Source of the DNA: Candidatus Omnitrophota bacterium
GTDB taxonomy: Bacteria; Omnitrophota; Gorgyraeia; Duberdicusellales; 4484-171
Length of the DNA stretch: 64,000 nt
Direction: 5' to 3'
Assembly (NCBI GenBank): GCA_003154195.1
Contig: PMCS01000029.1
Coordinates: 208,703 to 272,702, forward strand
The position numbers and the translations under genes are program-made. The notes under the pieces were generated by a model. That model was not told where the DNA came from. It worked only from the letters and a program-made list of their open reading frames with translations, and searched no databases. Each line of letters begins with the position of its first letter. Positions within the stretch are counted from its first letter, which is position 1. Below are positions 46,896-56,458 of this stretch, piece by piece.

Positions 46896-47890
46896 ACCTC
46901 GTTAGAAAGGAGAAAATTAGCGTGGATGTGCCTGCGCATAATAAGTTATCCCCCAGGAGAGGGCGTCTTTCTAACGGGGTAAAGTTTAAGATCGCCGATA
47001 TTGTTTTTAAGCTTACCAGCCGTTATCCGGTGATTTTCAAGGATAACCGGGAGCTTTATTTGCGTAAATACGGTAATTTTATTTATCGCGGTAAACAAAA
47101 CTCTGCGATAAACATATCGGTAGATGTGGTGGAAAAATTTCCCTTTTTTCCAGGCAAAAAAGTTTTTGCGGTGTATGAAGACGGCGGTGACGAGGAGCGA
47201 TGGCGGCTTTGGGAAAACAAGAACGAATATGTTTACCATTGTCCGATCCCCGAACGAGAATCTATGGCTTTCGTTGCTAAAGATTTTTCTTCTGCCCGGG
47301 CCTATGTCCCGCCGTTTGAGGGTAGATTTGCCTGGGATATCAAGGATATTCTTTATGACCTGATGCAAGTCATGCTGATTAACTATTTTGCTTATAACAA
47401 AAACGGATTGATCTTGCATGCGGCGGCGGTCAAAGATGGGCGGCAGGCCATAGTTTTTGCCGGTAAATCCGGTAACGGCAAAAGCACTACAGCGCGGTTA
47501 TGGCATCGGTATAGTAAAGCGGTGGTTTTGAACGATGACCGGGTGATTGTGCGTAAAACTGCCAAAGATTTTTTTGCTTATAGCGGGCCATGGCATGGAG
47601 AGTTTGGCAACTCGGTAGAGGCGTTTCCTAACCAGGCCCGTTTGTGCGGTTTATTCGTTTTAGAACACGCTAAAAAAAATTTTTGTTGTACTCTTCCCAG
47701 AGAAGAAGCATTTCGAACTTTATACCCTACGCTTTTTTCGGTATTTTGGAATCGCCTGTTAATGGATAATACATTGAGTTTGTGCGAAGAGCTGATAGAT
47801 ACGGCAGCCGTTTCGCGCTTGGGATTTGTTAAGGATAAAAATATAATATCTTTTGTGAGGCAAGAATTGGATGAAAGAGATTCAGTATAA
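46880..47890 (+). CDS. HPr-kinase-like P-loop protein (ScmC / lasso-kinase-like)
   Basis: LHAAAV, GKSGNGKST, LNDDR, GPWHG; ATG 46880 after GGAGGAG. Confidence 0.85.
   Translation: MRYSINLVRKEKISVDVPAHNKLSPRRGRLSNGVKFKIADIVFKLTSRYPVIFKDNRELYLRKYGNFIYRGKQNSAINISVDVVEKFPFFPGKKVFAVYEDGGDEERWRLWENKNEYVYHCPIPERESMAFVAKDFSSARAYVPPFEGRFAWDIKDILYDLMQVMLINYFAYNKNGLILHAAAVKDGRQAIVFAGKSGNGKSTTARLWHRYSKAVVLNDDRVIVRKTAKDFFAYSGPWHGEFGNSVEAFPNQARLCGLFVLEHAKKNFCCTLPREEAFRTLYPTLFSVFWNRLLMDNTLSLCEELIDTAAVSRLGFVKDKNIISFVRQELDERDSV
46895..46981. mobile_element. 87-bp in-frame palindromic (MITE-like) insertion
   Basis: Terminal IR acctcgttagaaag (46896) / ctttctaacggggt (to 46980), 13/14 match; removal gives MRYSI-KFKIAD. 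Confidence 0.7.
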
Positions 47891-48908
47891 GAAATTCAGT
47901 TTGGCGGCGCATTCAAACAATTTAGAGCGGGGGCGGCCCAGCTATTGTCAAATGGAGCTTACTTATGCCTGTGGTTTGCGTTGTCCGTATTGTTATGCCG
48001 GAGGATATAATTGTTCCGCGCGTATTGCCCAAGAGATGAATACGGTTGAATTAAAGAAGATCATCGATGAGTTAAAGAGCCTCGGGGTCTTGTGGGTCTG
48101 CTTTACCGGCGGCGATCCTTTAATGCGCAAGGATTTCTATGAGCTTTATACTTACGCGCGAAGACAAGGTTTCTTGATCATTGTTTTTACCAGCGGATAT
48201 TCATTGACGAAAAAACACTTGGATCTATTCAGGCGCCAGCCGCCATTTAATATTGAGATAACGCTTAATGCGGTAGAAGAAAAGCTTTATGAAAAAATAT
48301 CCGGTGTTCGCGGTTCATTCGGGAGAGTTATGGCTGCGATTGAAGCTTTGCGCCGGAATAAATTACCGCTTAAAATAAAAACGATGGTAACTACGCTAAA
48401 CTTGCATCATCTTGCCGAAATAAAAAAATATTTGCGGGGAATCGGTTTGAAATTCTATCCGGATTATTTTTTAAACTCCGGTTTTGATAACGATAGGCGC
48501 CCACTGGCATTTCAGATACCGCGGGAAGCGGTCCCCGGCCGGATAAACCCTAAAGAAAATATTTGCGCTCGAGTATCGCCAAAGGGTAAAACCAGGCCAA
48601 GCCCTTTTTTTACCTGCATTGTGGCTGCCGGAGATGGATTTCAGCTCGACCCTTACGGCAATATCTCATTGTGTTTTTCTATACGTAATCCTAAAATAAA
48701 TATTCTCGAGACAGGCATTAATTTGAGGCTAAAAAATCTAGTTAAATATTTTGCCGGATTGGATTTCAAGACCGATTCAAAATGTAAAAGTTGCGCTAAG
48801 CGGGATAAGTGCGGGTGGTGCCCGGGCAAGGCATTTGTAGAGACAGGTAGCTTGGAGAAACCAGTTGATTATTGTTGTAAATTAGTCGGGGTTTATGGGA
48901 ATCAATAA
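47871..48908 (+). CDS. Radical SAM/SPASM maturase 3
   Basis: CGLRCPYC, TGGDP, C...GNISLC...CKSCAKRDKCGWC...YCC. Confidence 0.93.
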   Translation: MKEIQYKKFSLAAHSNNLERGRPSYCQMELTYACGLRCPYCYAGGYNCSARIAQEMNTVELKKIIDELKSLGVLWVCFTGGDPLMRKDFYELYTYARRQGFLIIVFTSGYSLTKKHLDLFRRQPPFNIEITLNAVEEKLYEKISGVRGSFGRVMAAIEALRRNKLPLKIKTMVTTLNLHHLAEIKKYLRGIGLKFYPDYFLNSGFDNDRRPLAFQIPREAVPGRINPKENICARVSPKGKTRPSPFFTCIVAAGDGFQLDPYGNISLCFSIRNPKINILETGINLRLKNLVKYFAGLDFKTDSKCKSCAKRDKCGWCPGKAFVETGSLEKPVDYCCKLVGVYGNQ

Positions 48909-50547
48909 AAAAGATTTACTGCTTCCGTTTAAAATAGTAGTTCGGCGGCGTTACTTAAAAAGTTGGGTTATTACAACGTTTTTGGCGCTGGTTGCCGCGG
49001 GCGCCGGGTTGGCGGTTCCTTACCTGGTCAAGTTGACGGTGGACGAGGGAATCACCAAAAAAAATCTTACATTTTTTTTACTTTTGTGTCTGGCGGCAGG
49101 GATTGTGGTTTTATCGAAATATATTTTCGATGCGATTGTATCTTTGCGCCGAACGGCCTTGATGGCAAAAATACGCTTTGACTTCAACCGCCGAGTCTTC
49201 GAAAATATGTATGCGATGCCTCAATCATGGTTTGCCAAAAAAGGCGCGGGAGAAGCGATTTACGCGATTGATAACGACAGCGCTGCGCTTATCAATATTG
49301 TCGGCGCGACCGCAAACGGGGTTTTTATTGAAGCGGTCAGTGTTATCGCCACATTGGCGATAATATTATCGCTTAATACGAAGATCGGCTTAACTGTAAT
49401 CTCGTTCCTGCCGGTGATCTACTTTTTAAGCCGTCGCCGGTTCAAAAGATTGGGCGAAATCTACAAAGATGTGGCCGGAAATGCCGAGGGGATTCTTAAT
49501 TTCTTAGAAGAAAGTTTTTGGCGTTCTTACTTGATTAAAATTTTTAATGCGGCGTCGGCTGCGGTACGCCGTTATTCGCGTTTGTTGATCAAGGATACGC
49601 GGTTAACAATAAAACGTGAACGCCAGGAAGCATGGTCGTCATTGGCCCCTGCGATCTTGCCGCTGGTTGTGACGGGTGTGATCTATATTGTGTCGGGCTA
49701 TCAGGCAATTACCGGCCATCTAAGCTTAGGCACAATTGCCGCAATCGGAGGTTATATTTATCAATTCATTTCATCTTCCAGCCAATTGCTATTTAATTGG
49801 CAAGATCTGCAACCAGGATTGATTTCTGCCCAGCGCCTTGCGCCGTTGTTAACGCCGGGCAAAGCGCATTGTACAGCCGACGAGACGCCCGCGGTGGTTT
49901 TAAGCGGTGCCATAGAAATAAGCAGATTAAATTTTTCTTATGCCGGCGGACGAGATATTTTCGACGGTTTAAATCTTGATATCCCTGCCGGTGAATATAC
50001 AGTGGTTACCGGCCCTTCGGGCTGCGGCAAGACTACTCTGTTGAATTTGATCATGCGTCTCTATCCGACGGAGAAAGGCGAGATCTTAATCGACGGCAAG
50101 AATGTAAATTCACTACCGCGATCGTTGCTGGGCACGCAGATTATTCTTTGCCCCCAGGAGCCGATGCTTTGGAATGCGACAGTTTCCGAAAATATCGCCT
50201 ATCCGGCTTTAGCTTTTAGTGAAGACGATCTAAAAAATGCTGCGGCGCTAAGCGGTGCCGATCAATTTATTTCTAATTTAGAAAAAGGCTATGAAACGAC
50301 GATCGGTGAAAACGCAACGCGCCTTTCGCAGGGTCAGAAGCAGCGTATTTCTTTATCGCGCGCTTTAATAAAGCAGCCGAAAATATTATTACTGGATGAG
50401 GCTTTTAGCGGTTTACCGGAAGAAGAGGAAACATCGATTATCGCACGGTTGCGTACGCAATTTCCCAAAATGACGATTATTGCCGCAACGCACCGGTTGG
50501 CGGGCTTAAAGAATTGTGAGCGCATTATAAAATTAGGAGCAGAGTAA
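48895..50547 (+). CDS. ABC exporter (TMD plus NBD), no C39 domain
   Basis: Six TMs, GPSGCGKTT, LSQGQKQR, LLLDEA, THR. Confidence 0.93.
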   Translation: MGINKKDLLLPFKIVVRRRYLKSWVITTFLALVAAGAGLAVPYLVKLTVDEGITKKNLTFFLLLCLAAGIVVLSKYIFDAIVSLRRTALMAKIRFDFNRRVFENMYAMPQSWFAKKGAGEAIYAIDNDSAALINIVGATANGVFIEAVSVIATLAIILSLNTKIGLTVISFLPVIYFLSRRRFKRLGEIYKDVAGNAEGILNFLEESFWRSYLIKIFNAASAAVRRYSRLLIKDTRLTIKRERQEAWSSLAPAILPLVVTGVIYIVSGYQAITGHLSLGTIAAIGGYIYQFISSSSQLLFNWQDLQPGLISAQRLAPLLTPGKAHCTADETPAVVLSGAIEISRLNFSYAGGRDIFDGLNLDIPAGEYTVVTGPSGCGKTTLLNLIMRLYPTEKGEILIDGKNVNSLPRSLLGTQIILCPQEPMLWNATVSENIAYPALAFSEDDLKNAAALSGADQFISNLEKGYETTIGENATRLSQGQKQRISLSRALIKQPKILLLDEAFSGLPEEEETSIIARLRTQFPKMTIIAATHRLAGLKNCERIIKLGAE

Positions 50548-52116
50548 ATGCAATTTGCGGCTTTTAAGGGTGATTTAAATATGAAACATTTTTCCCACGC
50601 TAAGGGTAAACGATTCGATTTAAATGCATCGACTTCGGTGGCCCAGCAAAAGATGCATCTTTTGGAGACGCTTAAAGGCCTGGGCACAATAGTTCCTATG
50701 GATGATGATATAAAATTAGATGATTATAAAACGCTTTGTGCGCGTCCGGATACTATCCTGGTTACTGTGCACCATGCTTTGCCTTGGGCGCAGGTTCCTC
50801 GGCGGCTCTTGCTTCATTCTTTGGGTGATTTTATGTTGACCAGTGTTTATTTTGATTACGAACACTTTGCCGGCAATACCATAAATTTAATGACCAGCCG
50901 TTTGCAGGCGCAGCGCCTTAAAGAGCATTTGAGGCAAGCTGCGCCTGGCCTTGGTGTTTTTACTCCACGCCTTAAAGTTGATAATTTTTATCCGCCAAGC
51001 CCTAAAGAAAAAATAGCGGCGCGGGAAAAAATGAAACTGGCTAAAGACACCAAGCATATTGTTTATGCCGGGCGTTGGCTTTCTAACAAAGGAATCTGCC
51101 AGGCGGTTAGGGCGCTTAATTTATGGCCGTTGTCTAATATTAAAATTTCTTTTGCCGGTAATTTTGAACCAGGATTTGTGATCAGCCAGACCGGGACGAA
51201 TCATCATACTTTTTCTTCTTATTTTGAACGCGAGGCTCTGCGGCGTAATTGCCATACGCGGTTAGATTTACTTAAAGCTCATGGCCCGCAGGCTTTGCGC
51301 GAACTATTGTGGTCGGCGGATTTATTTGTTTATCCGTCGATCCATGAAGATGAAAATTTCGGCATGGTACCGCGCGAGGCAGTATTGTGCGGCGTGCCGG
51401 TTGTGGTAACGGATTTTTGCGGTCTTGGCCAGTTAGGCCGTGGTGTCGGCGGATTACTACCCACTTACCCCACATTAGCCGGGCCGCGGTATAGCCTTAA
51501 AACTTTACGTGATTTAATGACAGAAGGATTAAAGACCACCAAAGACAAATTAAAGAAAAATATTCGTTTTGTCTTTCAAGAGTGTGACCGAATTCAAGCG
51601 CGCGCAGATTTAAAACGCGCGGCTGAAACTTTATTGCACCAACGATTAGTAAAAGATCTGCCTAAGCCTAAAGAGGCCAGGAGTGAATTGCTTGCGCGAT
51701 TATTGCGTTACGCTGACCCCGGATTTTTAGAGGCAGTGTTAGAAAAAAACAAACCCTTGCCTGAGGGGTTGCTGGTGGATGGTACAGGTTGTTATAATAA
51801 AGAATTTGCTTACCATAAATTTTTAAGTGCCATCCAGGGTTTTTATACCACAGCCGCCCAGCCGCCGCAAATTGAAGCAGGGTTGGTTTTGCGGGGATTT
51901 TTCCGCTTAGCCTTATGGCAGGAAGAAAAAGCTTTGGTCGAGAATGGTTTCCCCGGGCCGCGCGTTAAGCGTTATAGCGATAAGGATTGGCATGATTTGC
52001 TTGCCTGTGTAGAAATACAGCTTGATCAGGAGATAGTTATTTATCCGCGTACGCCCGATCAGCTGCGCCTGGCGCAGGAGTTAGTGGGGTTGGGCTATCT
52101 GGCGCCGGATAGTTGA
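50548..52116 (+). CDS. GT4-like glycosyltransferase with C-terminal extension
   Basis: YAGRWLSNKG, YPSIHEDENFGMVPREAVLCGVPVV. Confidence 0.8.
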   Translation: MQFAAFKGDLNMKHFSHAKGKRFDLNASTSVAQQKMHLLETLKGLGTIVPMDDDIKLDDYKTLCARPDTILVTVHHALPWAQVPRRLLLHSLGDFMLTSVYFDYEHFAGNTINLMTSRLQAQRLKEHLRQAAPGLGVFTPRLKVDNFYPPSPKEKIAAREKMKLAKDTKHIVYAGRWLSNKGICQAVRALNLWPLSNIKISFAGNFEPGFVISQTGTNHHTFSSYFEREALRRNCHTRLDLLKAHGPQALRELLWSADLFVYPSIHEDENFGMVPREAVLCGVPVVVTDFCGLGQLGRGVGGLLPTYPTLAGPRYSLKTLRDLMTEGLKTTKDKLKKNIRFVFQECDRIQARADLKRAAETLLHQRLVKDLPKPKEARSELLARLLRYADPGFLEAVLEKNKPLPEGLLVDGTGCYNKEFAYHKFLSAIQGFYTTAAQPPQIEAGLVLRGFFRLALWQEEKALVENGFPGPRVKRYSDKDWHDLLACVEIQLDQEIVIYPRTPDQLRLAQELVGLGYLAPDS

Positions 52117-52988
52117 GGTTTTAAATACCCATTTTTTTGTAAAACCAGTTTTAGTCCGAATTCTTTAGCGATTTTGTGGAAATAATTTAGATCACTGCGA
52201 AAACTATTTACACTGCTTTGCTGGGTGTCGAAGATTCTGCCGCAAAATTTCTGGTATAAACCAGCTTTAACCTTTGGGCTTTTGCGTTTAAGTTTATTGA
52301 TCCACCATAAATCAAGATCATCGATTTTTTCGCTATCCTTGCGTGGAGTTGGGTTAAGGCATACTCCGCATTTAGAGCACAAGGCTTTTACTTGTTTTAG
52401 ATAGGCAGAGGGTTTTTTGCGCCACCACGGGGTGTGTATATCAAATGCAGTTTTAGTTTTTAAGATTATATCGATCGCCGCGGCAACTTCGCAGAAATAA
52501 GCGCCTTGGGGGTTGATTGAAGCACTCCAGCTATTTTGTATCCAGCAACTTTCAACGGCGTTAATATAACGGTTGCCCAGAGCTTCTTTTGAGCGCAGCA
52601 TAATTGGGGCATGAAAGATTTGCCCGTGGGTGTGATTATTGGGTAGGATAGCGCCGAAAGTATCAGCAATAATGGGCGCATATTTTTTAAAGCGTTTGTC
52701 CAGAGTGCTCCATAGGCCCAGTTTTTCTGGAGGAAACTTTTTTTGCAAGTATCGGCATATCTCTTTGAATTTTGGATGTAATAATGGTTCGCCGCCCATG
52801 ACCCCGATCATGGTCGGAGTTTTAGCGATACCCTCGACTGCCGCCTTAAAATAATCCAAATCCATCATGTACGGTTTTTTATGATGTCCGACTAAACGGG
52901 TGCAATTGGCGCAGCGATAGATGCAGGCGTTGGTGACTTCGATTTGGATTGCTTCTTTTAAGATGATCGGCTTAAGCATATCAACCAT
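52095..52988 (-). CDS. Radical SAM protein (convergent)
   Basis: EVTNACIYRCANC, MGGEPLLHP, CW...GAYFCE...LCSKCG. Confidence 0.88.
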   Translation of the reverse strand: MVDMLKPIILKEAIQIEVTNACIYRCANCTRLVGHHKKPYMMDLDYFKAAVEGIAKTPTMIGVMGGEPLLHPKFKEICRYLQKKFPPEKLGLWSTLDKRFKKYAPIIADTFGAILPNNHTHGQIFHAPIMLRSKEALGNRYINAVESCWIQNSWSASINPQGAYFCEVAAAIDIILKTKTAFDIHTPWWRKKPSAYLKQVKALCSKCGVCLNPTPRKDSEKIDDLDLWWINKLKRKSPKVKAGLYQKFCGRIFDTQQSSVNSFRSDLNYFHKIAKEFGLKLVLQKNGYLKPQLSGAR

Positions 52989-53046
52989 TATAGCAAATTT
53001 TGGTTTATTTTTGTTTTAAATAGTGTAAACTATTTTCAATTAAGTT

Positions 53047-53904
53047 ATGATAGAGAAAGAAGACGACAAAAATTACGCTTATCTGGCGGCCCATTTGAAG
53101 ACACTTGAGTCCGCTAAAGAAATTCTTCACGCCTTAGAGAAGCAGGGGATCGAAGCAATAATATTAAAAGGGCTCCACCTGGCCGTTAAGATTTACGACG
53201 AGCTAAACCGTCAACCGGGATCGGATATTGATCTTTTGCTAAAGCGCGCTGACATTTTCCGCGCCGAGCCGATTTTAAACGAATTGGGCTGGCGTCCTCG
53301 CGCGCCGGTCTTGCGGGATTTGGCCGATGGTAATAAACCGTGCGCGCTTAACAGCCTGATGTTTTTTCGCCCCGATAGTCTGGTCGTGCTGCATCTACAC
53401 TGGCATATCATTAACTCGACCTGGCCGCTGAACAATTATGCCAAATCCATCAATATGGAAGAAATCTGGCAAGCGGCAACCGCCGGAACGCTTGACGGCG
53501 CGCCCATCAGAGAGTTAAAACCCGAACACCTTATCATTTATTTATGCTGCCACGGATTGATTCACTATTTTGCCAAGCCGGTTTATGTTGACGACATTAA
53601 AACCGCTCTGGTACGTTTTAAAGATAAGATCAATTGGGATTTTTTGTATGGGCAAGCCCAAGAGTGGGGCGTGCGCTGGATAGTTGACTATTGTATCAAA
53701 TATATTGAAAAACCCAGGATTGGCCGATACACTAAGACTTATTGGCGGTATTTTTTCCATGAAAAAGGGATAACCGGGAAAATGTTATTTTTGTATCGGA
53801 CGTTTTTTCCCAAAAAAATTGTTATGGCTGCCGCGCACAACTTGCCGCTTGCCCAGATTGGCTTTAAACTTTACATGGATCGTCTTGAAAACATTAGTAG
53901 ATAA
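53047..53904 (+). CDS. Nucleotidyltransferase family protein (NTP_transf_5-like)
   Basis: ILKGLHLA, R..SDIDLL, LHLHW, LIIYLCCH. Confidence 0.85.
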   Translation: MIEKEDDKNYAYLAAHLKTLESAKEILHALEKQGIEAIILKGLHLAVKIYDELNRQPGSDIDLLLKRADIFRAEPILNELGWRPRAPVLRDLADGNKPCALNSLMFFRPDSLVVLHLHWHIINSTWPLNNYAKSINMEEIWQAATAGTLDGAPIRELKPEHLIIYLCCHGLIHYFAKPVYVDDIKTALVRFKDKINWDFLYGQAQEWGVRWIVDYCIKYIEKPRIGRYTKTYWRYFFHEKGITGKMLFLYRTFFPKKIVMAAAHNLPLAQIGFKLYMDRLENISR

Positions 53905-53989
53905 ATATGCGTTTTTGTCTTTAAAGTTGATAGATCGGGGATATTTAGCGCCGGATAAAATCGCCTGGCATAAAAATCGCTTCTTAAGC

Positions 53990-54240
53990 AAATATGGCTT
54001 AAGGTATCCGTTTTCCTGCAAGACTAATTTTAGCCCGAATTGTTTGGCGATCCGGTGAAAATAACTTAAGTCGGAGCGGAATTGGTTAATGTTATTTTGG
54101 TACTCGTCGAAAATCGGACCACCATACCTTTTGTACAGCCCGGCTTTGACTTCAGGGCTGGTAATTTCAGTTTGGATTGCTTCTTTTGCGACGATTGGTT
54201 TAAGCGTGTCAAATATTATAACAGATTCCGGTTTATTTTT
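53990..54240 (-). pseudogene. Internally deleted paralog of the 52095-52988 radical SAM gene
   Basis: DTLKPIVAKEAIQTEIT (N-terminus) fused to SPEVKAGLY...FRSDLSYFH...GLKLVLQENGYLKP (C-terminus); ATG changed to ATA. Confidence 0.85.
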
Positions 54241-54541
54241 ACTACTTGATTCACGATATGTCGTAAATTGGTCATTATTTGCTTTCAAGAAAAAAATCAA
54301 TCATTGTTCCCACGCCGAACATCCCTTTCCCGGTTAGTATAAATACACTTCGGTTTTTAGATTAGATAGGCAAAGAAATAAATATTTTTGATTAGAAATT
54401 GCTTCTTATTGTTTTATGCTATATAATATTTTATATATCCCCGGCGAAAAACTGGCTTTTTAAGGCGAGGCGTCTCGCCGCTCAGCATGACTTTACCTGG
54501 AGCTTCGGCTTTCAGGTCTAGGAGCCGTAGAAAGGTTCATT

Positions 54542-56458
54542 ATGGTTAAATACGAACTAAACTTAAGAGATTACGTAAGAATTATACGCAAGCGCAAATT
54601 TGTGATTATTGCATCTTTCTTTATTTTTGCGCTTGCGGCACACATGTATTCAAAATCAGAGACCCCTGTATACCAATCCTCCGCTACGGTCAAAGTGGAG
54701 GAGCGCAAGACCATTGCCGGGCTTCTTACCGAGTCGATTATCTATAACCCGGGCGACGTAATGGAGACCCAGACAAAAATAATCACCGGTTTCCCGGTGA
54801 TTAAACGAGCGGCGTTGGCACTGGGGCTGATTAAAGAAAGCGAGTCGCAAACGGCGATTTCGGAAGTTATCGGCAGTTTGCAATCGCAGGTAGGAACAGA
54901 GCGAATCGGCCAAACCAATATAATTAAAATCATTGTTACTTCAGGGCATCCCAAAGAGGCGATGGATATCGCGGAAGCGATTGCCCAGGCTTTTGTGGAG
55001 GAAAATTTATCGGAAAAGAATAAACAAGCCCGTACCGCCCGGCAATTTATCGAAGACCAGCTTGTGGCGTTGGCCAAAAAACTGCGCGAATCGGAAGAAG
55101 AGCTTAAAGGTTTCGGCGAACGAGGGGAGAGCGGAACCTTAACGGTTTTCGACGACGCCGACAAAAAAATGTCGGATTTGCAATTCCAATTAAGCACGCT
55201 TTTGCAAAAATATACCGATAAACATCCTAAAATTATCCAGATTAAAGAGCAAATAGCGGAACTGAGAAAACAGCTTAAAGGTTCTTCGGGAAAAGAACTT
55301 AATTATATGAGGGTTAAGCGCGATGTTGAAGCTAACCGTAAGATTTATGATATGCTTCGTGAAAGGCTCGAAGAGGTAAAAATTACCGAAGCCGAAAAAG
55401 TTCCTGATGTTTCCATAATCGACCACGCTTTATTTTCCGATGCCCCCACGGGCGGTCGTTCACGAATTGATTTATTCCTCGGCGGTATTTTAGGCCTGGT
55501 GGTTGGTCTGGTTCTTTCGTTTCTGGTAGAAACTATGGATACTTCAATCGGGACGATCGAAGATGTCGAAAGCGTGGTGAAACTGCCGATTCTGGGGGTT
55601 GTGCCTTCTATCCCCTACGAGGAAGGAAAAACCAAAGCTACATTTTTCGACAAGATTAAGCGCCGGTTTTTCAACAAAAGATTGACGGAAGCGGAGAGGA
55701 GCCGTTTATGCTTGATCAGCCATCGTCATCCCGATTCGCCGATCTCCGAGTCTTTCCGTAATTTAAAAACAAACATAAAACTTTCTTCCACTAACAAGAT
55801 GATTATGATTACCAGCGCCGGCCCCCAGGAAGGTAAGACTACGATTATCAGTAATTTGGGGATTGTCTGCGCGCAGGATGGTTTAAAAACTCTTTTAGTT
55901 TCCGCGGATTTACGCCGGCCTGCCCTGGTAAGCAGTTTCGGCGTGCCGCATAAACCGGGATTGACCGAAATCATCACCGGAACCGCTTCCCTGGATGACG
56001 CTTTGAAAAATATTTCTGATTGTTTGTTGGGGCATATGGATATCGACGAGGTTCTTAAAAATCCCGGCCTGGGATATTTATATCTTTTGCCCTCGGGAGC
56101 CCTTCCTTTTAACCCTACGGAAATCCTCGGCGCCAAAGAATTCGATATCTTAATCGCGCAATTACGGGAAAGGTTTGACGTAATTTTATTTGACGCGCCG
56201 CCGATCCTCCCTGTTGCCGACGCAAGCATCCTGGCTCCCAAGATGGACGCGACTTTGCTTTGTTATGAAATCGGCAGGACATCCCGCCACGCGTTGATCC
56301 GAGCTAAGGCGCAGCTTGAATCGACCAAAGCCAATATTTTAGGCGTAATCCTTAATCATACCAATCCGGAAACTGAATTCGCCGAAGTCTACCCGTATTA
56401 CTATAAGTACAAATATTACACCCAGGAGAAAAAAGAAGATAAGAAAAAAGATGATTAA
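54542..56458 (+). CDS. wzc: Wzc/GumC polysaccharide co-polymerase tyrosine autokinase
   Basis: LRDYVRII, YTDKHP, SAGPQEGKT, ADLRRP, FDAPP, C-terminal YPYYYKYKYY. Confidence 0.94.
   Translation: MVKYELNLRDYVRIIRKRKFVIIASFFIFALAAHMYSKSETPVYQSSATVKVEERKTIAGLLTESIIYNPGDVMETQTKIITGFPVIKRAALALGLIKESESQTAISEVIGSLQSQVGTERIGQTNIIKIIVTSGHPKEAMDIAEAIAQAFVEENLSEKNKQARTARQFIEDQLVALAKKLRESEEELKGFGERGESGTLTVFDDADKKMSDLQFQLSTLLQKYTDKHPKIIQIKEQIAELRKQLKGSSGKELNYMRVKRDVEANRKIYDMLRERLEEVKITEAEKVPDVSIIDHALFSDAPTGGRSRIDLFLGGILGLVVGLVLSFLVETMDTSIGTIEDVESVVKLPILGVVPSIPYEEGKTKATFFDKIKRRFFNKRLTEAERSRLCLISHRHPDSPISESFRNLKTNIKLSSTNKMIMITSAGPQEGKTTIISNLGIVCAQDGLKTLLVSADLRRPALVSSFGVPHKPGLTEIITGTASLDDALKNISDCLLGHMDIDEVLKNPGLGYLYLLPSGALPFNPTEILGAKEFDILIAQLRERFDVILFDAPPILPVADASILAPKMDATLLCYEIGRTSRHALIRAKAQLESTKANILGVILNHTNPETEFAEVYPYYYKYKYYTQEKKEDKKKDD

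Noticed and set aside
44437-53904. Lasso peptide cluster
   Set aside because: RRE, kinase and nucleotidyltransferase are present, but there is no asparagine-synthetase-like cyclase or transglutaminase-like B2 protease, and the core has no Asp/Glu for ring closure.
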